Shown in pieces: positions 49,332 through 55,987 of a DNA stretch of 55,987 bases. The notes beneath the pieces are model-generated. The model ran no database searches. It saw only the letters and a list, made by a program, of their open reading frames with translations, and had not been told where the DNA came from. Within the stretch, counting starts at the first letter, position 1; every line of letters begins with the position of its first letter. The position numbers and the translations under genes are program-made. Source of the DNA: Planctomycetaceae bacterium (GTDB taxonomy: Bacteria > Planctomycetota > Planctomycetia > Pirellulales > UBA1268); NCBI GenBank assembly GCA_947453375.1, contig CANGGT010000003.1, positions 1 through 55,987 of the forward strand. Direction: 5' to 3'.

Positions 49332-51305
49332 TCATCCCACCAGGACCGTCGGCCGCCGCGCCTGGTCGGGGACGGCCTTCTCGACGAGGTCGTAGACGAC
49401 GTTCGGCACGTCCCCCTGGCCGAAGAGGAGGAACTCGAGCGCGAGCTTGAGGCTGCTCCCCTGGCTCCAGCCGAAGACGACATCGAGCGGCGTCCCCGAC
49501 TTCGACATCTCGATGGCGATCTGCGCGATCGTGTGGGAGACGCTGACAACGTCGCGGGCGACGATCACGAACCGCTCCCCCTCCTGCTTGGCGGAGAGGA
49601 TCGGGGCGTTGTGAAACTCGCTCGTGTCGCCGTAATGAACCTCGAGGAACACGATCGGCACCTCGGCGGGGATCCGGTGGCGCTGGCGGATCTCCGCCTC
49701 CTTCTCGTCGAGCGAGCGGTGGCCAGGACGGTGCGGCACGAGGACACGGAAGGCCCCCTCCGCGCAGATGTCGGTCCAGAGCATGCGGGCAGAGTCGTCG
49801 GCGAAGCGAAACTCCTTGTGACGCAGTTCCTGGCTCCGCCACACGCGCGACACGATCGAAATCACGAGCACCGACGCGATGAACATCGAGGCGATGATGA
49901 TCCCGTCGGGGCGCTCGGAGATGTTCGTAATGGTCGTGTAGATGAACACCAGCGTGATCAGGGCGAAGGCGATCCGCTTGAGCGGGTGGTGATCGGCGCC
50001 TGCCGAAGCCTCGTGTTGCATGTGCACCAGCGACGCGATGCAGGCGCTGGTCATGAGCACGAGCACGCCGGTGGCATAGGCACCTCCCTGGGCCGTGACG
50101 TCTGCCTTGAAGGCCCACGTCACGAGGAGGTTGATGACGGTGAACGCGATCACGAGGGGGCGGTAGGCCGACGCCCATTCCGGTGCCATGCCGTAGCGAG
50201 GCAGGTAGCGAGGCACCATGTTGAGGAGGCCGGCCATCGCCGAGGCCCCGGCAAACCAGAGGATGAGGATCGTGGAGATGTCGTAGATCGTCCCGAAGAT
50301 CGGGCCGAACAGCGGGCTGACGGCCAGGGGGCTCTCGCCATGGGCAACGTAAGCCAGGGCGCGATCGAGGGCCTTTCCCTTGAAGAGGATCTCGCCGGCG
50401 TCGTCCTTCTCCATCCGCAGTTCGTCGGCCGGGATGATCGTGTTGGTCCCGGTGACGAGCGAAGAACCGATGAGAAAGAACGACATGATCAGGGCGGCCG
50501 TCAGCATGAGGCGACGCGTGTTGGTGATCCGCGCCTGCTCGTCGTCGGGATTCTCATCACTGCCGCGGACGAGGTGGATCAGCAGGACGCCGGTCTCGAA
50601 GCCGGAGAGGCCGAGTGCCAGTTTCGGGAAGATCAACAGCGAGATTCCCAGGGCCACCCACAGGCCGTGCCCCTCGAGCGGCGCCTCGTGAAGGTGGTAG
50701 GAACCGGAGGCGATCTCCGCAAACCACTGCTGGAGGAGCGCGGGGTGGGTGACGAGGTGCCACAGCCCGCTGGCGATGATCAGGAACGAGAGCCCGAGAA
50801 AGGCGATGACGAGGACCGTGGCAATGCCCACGACCTCGGAGTAACCCTTGAGGAACATCGCCCCCAGGAGCAGCAGGAGCACCACCGCCATGACGACCTG
50901 GTTGTGGGCCCACGGGGGGGCGTTCCCTGCGAAGATCGAGTTGCTGATGAGATGGGCCGCAGCGTCGGCGGCGGAGAGCGTCTTCGTGATCACGAAGTCG
51001 GTGGCGGCAAAGCCGATCAGCACGAGGACGCCGATCTTCCCCTTCCAGCCGCTCACGAGCCGCTCGATCATCCCGATCGAGCCGACGCCGTCGGGGGTCT
51101 GGCCGGCGACGTAGCTGTAGACCGGATAGGCCCCGAAGAGCGTCACGAGGACGAGGACCAGCGTCGCCAGGGGGGCGAGTGTGCCGGCCCCTTCGAAGGC
51201 GATCGACGGTTGGTAGCCGAGCGTGCTGAAGTAGTCGACGCCACACAGACACATGATCAGCCACCACGCGTAGTGGTGGTGCTGACCGTGGGAAGACTCA
51301 CTCAC
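49332..51305 (-). CDS. APC-superfamily amino acid transporter-like membrane protein
   Basis: MCLCGVDYFSTLGYQP, LALGLSGFETGV and GGAYATGVL; about 12 TM helices plus a cytoplasmic C-terminal domain. Confidence 0.85.
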   Translation of the reverse strand: MSESSHGQHHHYAWWLIMCLCGVDYFSTLGYQPSIAFEGAGTLAPLATLVLVLVTLFGAYPVYSYVAGQTPDGVGSIGMIERLVSGWKGKIGVLVLIGFAATDFVITKTLSAADAAAHLISNSIFAGNAPPWAHNQVVMAVVLLLLLGAMFLKGYSEVVGIATVLVIAFLGLSFLIIASGLWHLVTHPALLQQWFAEIASGSYHLHEAPLEGHGLWVALGISLLIFPKLALGLSGFETGVLLIHLVRGSDENPDDEQARITNTRRLMLTAALIMSFFLIGSSLVTGTNTIIPADELRMEKDDAGEILFKGKALDRALAYVAHGESPLAVSPLFGPIFGTIYDISTILILWFAGASAMAGLLNMVPRYLPRYGMAPEWASAYRPLVIAFTVINLLVTWAFKADVTAQGGAYATGVLVLMTSACIASLVHMQHEASAGADHHPLKRIAFALITLVFIYTTITNISERPDGIIIASMFIASVLVISIVSRVWRSQELRHKEFRFADDSARMLWTDICAEGAFRVLVPHRPGHRSLDEKEAEIRQRHRIPAEVPIVFLEVHYGDTSEFHNAPILSAKQEGERFVIVARDVVSVSHTIAQIAIEMSKSGTPLDVVFGWSQGSSLKLALEFLLFGQGDVPNVVYDLVEKAVPDQARRPTVLVG

Positions 51306-51387
51306 GGGGGCGCATCGCTCCTGGAGGGGGATCGGACGACGCTCCGCAGTCTACCTGTCACGGCGGGCGTCGTGGCGGCGGCCCCAC

Positions 51388-52080
51388 TCACTGCCATTCC
51401 GGGAGATCGACGCCCCGTTTCTTCGACTGGGCCTCGAGGGCCTCGGCGTAGCGGTCGAAGAGTTTGCGGCGGTCGGCGTCCTTCGGGGGCTTCTGGCGGC
51501 GGCCTTTCTCTTCTTGCGCCTGCGGCGAGAGGCCGAAGCGGAGCTTCCGGTAGGCGATCGTCCGGTCGATCCCTTCGTCGGCCAGCCGCGGCCGGTCCGA
51601 CTCCGGGGCGGCCACGAAGGCATCGATCGCCTCGTCACGGCACCGCTTCCATTCCTCGTCGAGGGCCTTGCGGGCGGCCTCGAGTTCGTCTTTCGTCATC
51701 TGGTCGGCGTTGCGGATCACTTCGGCGACCGCCTTCTTCCCTTCCGCACCGCGCATTTCGCCGCTGAGCAGCCCCTTTTGGATCGTGGCGGTCGAACCGA
51801 CGAGATCGGGCCGCCGGCCGAGGGTCATCCAGGCGCCGCCGGCGATCGTTCCCATCCCGATGACGCCGAGGAGGGCGACGATCACGATGCCGCTCCCCTT
51901 CGATCCGGGCGTGGGGGACGCCTCCGCAGCCGGCCTGGCCCCTGCGGCCGATCCCTGGCGCGGAGCCGTCTGGGCCTTCTGGCCCGGGGCGGCGGTGGGG
52001 GTTGGGAGCGGTTTGCCCTGGGCGACCGCCCGGGCCGCCGCGAGGCGGGCCTGGGCTTCGGGGCTCAACTGACGGGCCAT
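51388..52080 (-). CDS. Hypothetical single-pass membrane protein
   Basis: GGAGGAG Shine-Dalgarno; Pro/Ala-rich N-terminus, one TM helix and a charged helical C-terminus. Confidence 0.7.
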   Translation of the reverse strand: MARQLSPEAQARLAAARAVAQGKPLPTPTAAPGQKAQTAPRQGSAAGARPAAEASPTPGSKGSGIVIVALLGVIGMGTIAGGAWMTLGRRPDLVGSTATIQKGLLSGEMRGAEGKKAVAEVIRNADQMTKDELEAARKALDEEWKRCRDEAIDAFVAAPESDRPRLADEGIDRTIAYRKLRFGLSPQAQEEKGRRQKPPKDADRRKLFDRYAEALEAQSKKRGVDLPEWQ

Positions 52081-52154
52081 GGTGATCTCCTCCGGGGGCG
52101 GATAGGCAGTGGAAACAGCCCTCCTTGGCGGTGTTCCACGGCATGAATCATGGA

Positions 52155-52189
52155 GACGCCCCCGCCATCACGCGGGTGGCGGGGGCGTC
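52155..52189. other. Strong intergenic hairpin without U-tail
   Basis: GACGCCCCCGCCATC / GGTGGCGGGGGCGTC, a 15-bp stem with one non-Watson-Crick position. Confidence 0.6.
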
Positions 52190-52251
52190 CACGGTCGGAG
52201 CCTCGCGTCGAGCGAGGAACCGGGACTCCGGGGCTCGAGGGGGTTGCTGCG

Positions 52252-53244
52252 TCAGGTTCCCGTGCCCGAAGCGCCGTCGGCCGGCTTGGTCGGGTCGTTG
52301 CCGTCGCTGATCGTCGAGTACCACCGGAGGACGTCGAGATCGACGTCGGGGCCGAGGCCCTCGACATGGCCGTCGAGGAACACGAAGTTCACGATGCCAC
52401 CCGCGTGCTGGCTGCCGAACTTCCGGCTATTCGTGTCCTTTGGCCCGCTGGCCAGCCCCCGGGCCGTGTCGCGAAACAGGCAGTGGGGGGTGTCGGCGGC
52501 AAACATCGACGTGTCCCCCTGCCAGTACTGAACCATGTTCTGCGGCCAGGCCGGGTCGACCGGGATCAGATGCCGCTCGCCGATGGCGATCGTCTGGCTC
52601 AGCCCGTCGAGGACCCACGACGCTTTGACCGCCGAGAAGGTGAAGATCGGACCAGCCTGTCGACCGTCGACACCAGCACCATTCTCGCTGCTGTAGTTGA
52701 AGTAGGTGCCAGCGTTGGCGGAGTAGTCGCCGCCGGCGGCGGCCGCCATAACGACCGGAACGTCGTTGTTGTTGTCGAAGTTCCGGGTGTTGTTCGGGGC
52801 CCGGCGACTGGGGCAGAAGAAGGCCGAGACGGCCGTCCGCATCGACTGCGAATTGAGGGTGTCATCGGCACGGGCGGTCGGCACGTAGGCGTTGGCGATC
52901 GCCGTCTCCTCCATGTAGGGGAGCATGCGGAAGGCCCAGGAAGTCCCGATCTGTTCGCGGGTGTTTCGGCCGGAAGGGAACGTCTTCTTGGCGTCGTGGT
53001 GGAGCGTAACGGCCAAGCCCTGCTGCTTGAGGTTGTTGTTGCAGGCCATCCGATTGGCTGCCTCGCGGGCCGCCTGGACCGCCGGGAGGAGAAGGCCGAC
53101 GAGGGTGCCGATGATGGCGATCACGACGAGGAGCTCGACGAGCGTGAATCCGCTTCGACGGCTCCCGACGATCGCCCCCGGGACGGCCCCGAGGCGACGA
53201 CTCTTCCAACTGTTGTCCAGACGACTCTTGAGCGTGCCAACCAT
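52252..53244 (-). CDS. DUF1559 prepilin-type N-terminal cleavage/methylation protein
   Basis: GFTLVELLVVIAIIGTLVGLLLPAVQAAREAA, CNNNLKQ, FFCPSR and H-x-DG C-terminal motif (HAGGIVNFVFLDGHV). Confidence 0.95.
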   Translation of the reverse strand: MVGTLKSRLDNSWKSRRLGAVPGAIVGSRRSGFTLVELLVVIAIIGTLVGLLLPAVQAAREAANRMACNNNLKQQGLAVTLHHDAKKTFPSGRNTREQIGTSWAFRMLPYMEETAIANAYVPTARADDTLNSQSMRTAVSAFFCPSRRAPNNTRNFDNNNDVPVVMAAAAGGDYSANAGTYFNYSSENGAGVDGRQAGPIFTFSAVKASWVLDGLSQTIAIGERHLIPVDPAWPQNMVQYWQGDTSMFAADTPHCLFRDTARGLASGPKDTNSRKFGSQHAGGIVNFVFLDGHVEGLGPDVDLDVLRWYSTISDGNDPTKPADGASGTGT

Positions 53245-53545
53245 GGTGAACTCTCCCGGCCGCAACCCACCCAGAGCCGACGAGGCAGGAGGAAGGAGGT
53301 GACCGCCAAAACGGCCATTCTCGAACGGTGGGGAGGGTCAGTCAAGGAAGACTGGGGGCTCAACGTCAGCCCAAAACCCGCAAATCACCGGGCCGTCCCA
53401 GCCCCTGGGGGAATCGGTAGCCTGCGTTGGAAAGGGGGGCTGAAGACGAACGGACCGAGAGGTTTTTCTCCGCCAGATGCGGCCTTGAATCTTCCGGTGA
53501 GGGCTCTTTAGCGGCCGTGAACCCCCTCACGGGAGTGAGGTTTCG

Positions 53546-54355
53546 TCAGGAAACGCGGGACACCCGGCTCCCGATCCGCTCCCCTGCGATCGCCCGGACG
53601 ATGTTCCCCTCCCGGCGGTAGTTGAACACCAGGATCGGCATGTCGTGCTCCATGCACTGGGAGATCGCCGTGGCGTCCATGACGCGGAGATTCTGGTCGC
53701 GGACCTGCTGGTAGGAGAGGTCGCGGTAGAGGATCGCGTGGGGGTTCTTCTCCGGGTCGTCGGAATAGACGCCGTCGACCCGAGTCGCCTTCATGAGAAC
53801 ATCCGCCTCGAGTTCCAGGGCCCGCTGGGCGGCGGCGGTGTCGGTGGTCACAAACGGGCTTCCGGTGCCCGCTGCGAGAATCACGATCCGCCCCTTCTCG
53901 AGATGGCGGCGGGCGCGACGGCGGATGTAGGGCTCGGCCACACCATCCATGCGGATCGCCGTCATCAGCCGCGTCTGGGCCCCGAGGCTCTCGAGGGCAT
54001 CCTGGAGGGCCAGGCCGTTGATCACGGTGGCGAGCATCCCCATCGAATGCGCCGTCGCCTCATGGACCCCGGAGTTTCCTGCGGTGAACGATGCCCCGCG
54101 GAGGATGTTGCCACCGCCGATCACGATCGCCAGTTCGACCCCGCGAGAGGCGGCGAGGACAACCTGCCGGGCGACGAGCATCACCTCGTCCATCGAGATG
54201 CCACGCTCGCCGGGACGCACGAAGCTCTCTCCCGAGAGCTTGAGGAGGACGCGGCGGTAGACCACCGCAGCCCCATCGACAGAGGGGGGTGCGTGGCCCG
54301 AGGCTCCCGACGGCCCGCCGTCCGGTCCCTTCACGCCACTCTGCCTGGCCTCCAT
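53546..54355 (-). CDS. pyrH: Uridylate kinase
   Basis: [28 protein letters not shown] and DGVYSDDP. Start uncertain. Confidence 0.96.
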   Translation of the reverse strand: MEARQSGVKGPDGGPSGASGHAPPSVDGAAVVYRRVLLKLSGESFVRPGERGISMDEVMLVARQVVLAASRGVELAIVIGGGNILRGASFTAGNSGVHEATAHSMGMLATVINGLALQDALESLGAQTRLMTAIRMDGVAEPYIRRRARRHLEKGRIVILAAGTGSPFVTTDTAAAQRALELEADVLMKATRVDGVYSDDPEKNPHAILYRDLSYQQVRDQNLRVMDATAISQCMEHDMPILVFNYRREGNIVRAIAGERIGSRVSRVS

Positions 54356-54381
54356 CGGCGAATCTCCCGCACGAGCGGATA

Positions 54382-55224
54382 TCAGCCGCCGAGCTTCCAG
54401 TTCTCGACGCGCTTCACCTCGAGGCCGGCCGACTTGGCCAGTTGGCCGACGGTCTGCTTGTCGTCTTTGACGAACGGCTGCTCGAGAAGGACGCACTGGC
54501 TGAAGAAGTTGCGCAGCCGCCCCTCGATCATCTTCGCGATGATGTTCTCGGGCTTCCCTTCGCCGCGGGCCGCCTCGGTGAGGATCTCGCGTTCCTTGGC
54601 CACGGCCTCGGGATCGAGATCTTCCTTCGTGATCGCCTGCGGTGCGAGGGCGACGACGTGCATCGAGATGTCCTTGGCGACGGTTGCCGCGTCTGGGCCG
54701 GCCGTCTTCCCTGCGATCTCGACGATCGCTGCCTTCGAGCCGTCGTGGTGGGCGTAGCCACCACACGGCGCGTCGATCCGGCAGATGCGGGCGAGGTCGA
54801 ACACTTCGCGCATCCGGTTGAAGAGATCGTCCTTGATCTCCGCGAGCGTCTTGTCGGGGTGGGCGTGGCTCTTCTGAGCGAGGAGATCGGCAGGGGTCTT
54901 CGCGCCAGGGCCGAGGGCGAGGGTCGTGGCGATGTCTTCCGCGAGTGCCTTGAAGTCGGGGCTGTTGGCCACCGGTGCGCTCTCGCACTTCAGCTCAATG
55001 ATCGTGCCGACGTTCTTCGAGGGATCGGCGTAAACCGCCAGACGCCCGGTCGAGGTTTCACGGTCAGCCCGCATGGCCTGCGTCTTCACGCCCTGCTTGC
55101 GGAGCCACTCCACCGCCTGCTCGGTGTTGCCGCCGCACTCCTGGAGGGCCTTCTTGCATTCCATCATTGGCAGTCCGGTCTTGTCCCGGAGTGCCATGAC
55201 CGCTGCTGCCGTGATCTCTGCCAT
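54382..55224 (-). CDS. tsf: Elongation factor Ts
   Basis: [22 protein letters not shown] and [15 protein letters not shown]. Confidence 0.98.
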   Translation of the reverse strand: MAEITAAAVMALRDKTGLPMMECKKALQECGGNTEQAVEWLRKQGVKTQAMRADRETSTGRLAVYADPSKNVGTIIELKCESAPVANSPDFKALAEDIATTLALGPGAKTPADLLAQKSHAHPDKTLAEIKDDLFNRMREVFDLARICRIDAPCGGYAHHDGSKAAIVEIAGKTAGPDAATVAKDISMHVVALAPQAITKEDLDPEAVAKEREILTEAARGEGKPENIIAKMIEGRLRNFFSQCVLLEQPFVKDDKQTVGQLAKSAGLEVKRVENWKLGG

Positions 55225-55425
55225 GGAAAAAGCTCCTTCCAGAAATGGACGTGGAAAAGGGTGCGATTCCGGACCGGTTCATGAGCCATTCGCTCCGACC
55301 CGAACCGGAACGGGACGACCGGCGAAGCGCCCTGATCGCGGGGCGCTCCAGCCGGCCGTCGGAGAACACGAAGACTGAGAAGACCTGGCTCCCCGGACAT
55401 GCCGAGGGAGCCGGCCCGCGGCCGA

Positions 55426-55987
55426 TCAGGTCTTCGGCGGACGGGGAGCGGCCCGCTTGGCGACATTCGAACGGGCCTTCGGCGCCGACTTGCCGTCGAC
55501 GTCAGCGCCCTCCGCGGCAGCCTGAGCGTCGGCGGAAGTGTTGACCTTCCCCTCGAGGATCGCGTCGGCAAGCCGAGCGGCAACCAGTTCGATCGAGCGG
55601 ATCGAGTCGTCGTTGCCGGGGATCGGCAGATCGACCAGATCGGGATCGCAGTCGGTGTCGATCAGAGCCACCGTCGTGATGCCCATCTTGCGGGCTTCGC
55701 TGACGGCGTTCTTTTCCTTCTTCGGATCGAACACGACGAGGCACTCGGGGAGCCGCGACAGAGTGCGGATGCCACCAAGATTGCGCTCCATCTTGCGGAA
55801 CTCGCGCCGCAGCGACGACTGCATCTTCTTGGAATAGGCACCGAACTCGTCCGACGGCATGAGCTTCTCGAGTTGCTCCAGACGCGCCAGCCGGTTGCGG
55901 ATCGTGCGGAAGTTGGTGAGCGTCCCGCCGAGCCAGCGGTCGGAAACGTAAGGCATGCCGCAGCGGGCCGCCTCACGAGCGACAGCC
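55426..55987 (-). CDS. rpsB: 30S ribosomal protein S2 (5' truncated by the window edge)
   Basis: [17 protein letters not shown] and [11 protein letters not shown]. Confidence 0.98.
   Translation of the reverse strand, partial: AVAREAARCGMPYVSDRWLGGTLTNFRTIRNRLARLEQLEKLMPSDEFGAYSKKMQSSLRREFRKMERNLGGIRTLSRLPECLVVFDPKKEKNAVSEARKMGITTVALIDTDCDPDLVDLPIPGNDDSIRSIELVAARLADAILEGKVNTSADAQAAAEGADVDGKSAPKARSNVAKRAAPRPPKT

Noticed and set aside
53546-54988. 480-aa extended pyrH ORF suggesting a tsf-pyrH fusion or frameshift
   Set aside because: The extension is an off-frame read of tsf, which has its own stop at 54382. No slippery site is evident.

Overview
This is a GC-rich chromosomal window from a Planctomycetota bacterium. 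The assignment rests on the YTV-repeat protein, DUF1559 prepilin-like protein, DUF1592/DUF1552 pair, planctomycete-type ECF sigma/Ser-Thr kinase pair and PEP-CTERM protein. It holds about 37 genes, including housekeeping genes (rpsB partial, tsf, pyrH, frr, rsmG, miaE, glnA type III, ppdK, gldA, mscL), transporters, hydrolases and a cell-surface cluster at 4.5-14.2 kb. I saw no tRNA, rRNA, CRISPR array or mobile element. Two things stand out. (1) The secreted YTV protein has two 16 x 14-aa repeat arrays of exactly equal length and opposite charge. Their unit variants match in mirror order around a central Cys-rich turn, which suggests a single antiparallel beta-hairpin fibre about 100 nm long with Cys-rich ends. 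(2) One ORF of about 1080 aa fuses a NatB-like ABC permease, a CPBP intramembrane protease and a complete GluR0-like ligand-gated channel with a non-K+ filter sequence. All product calls come from motif recognition, not database searches.
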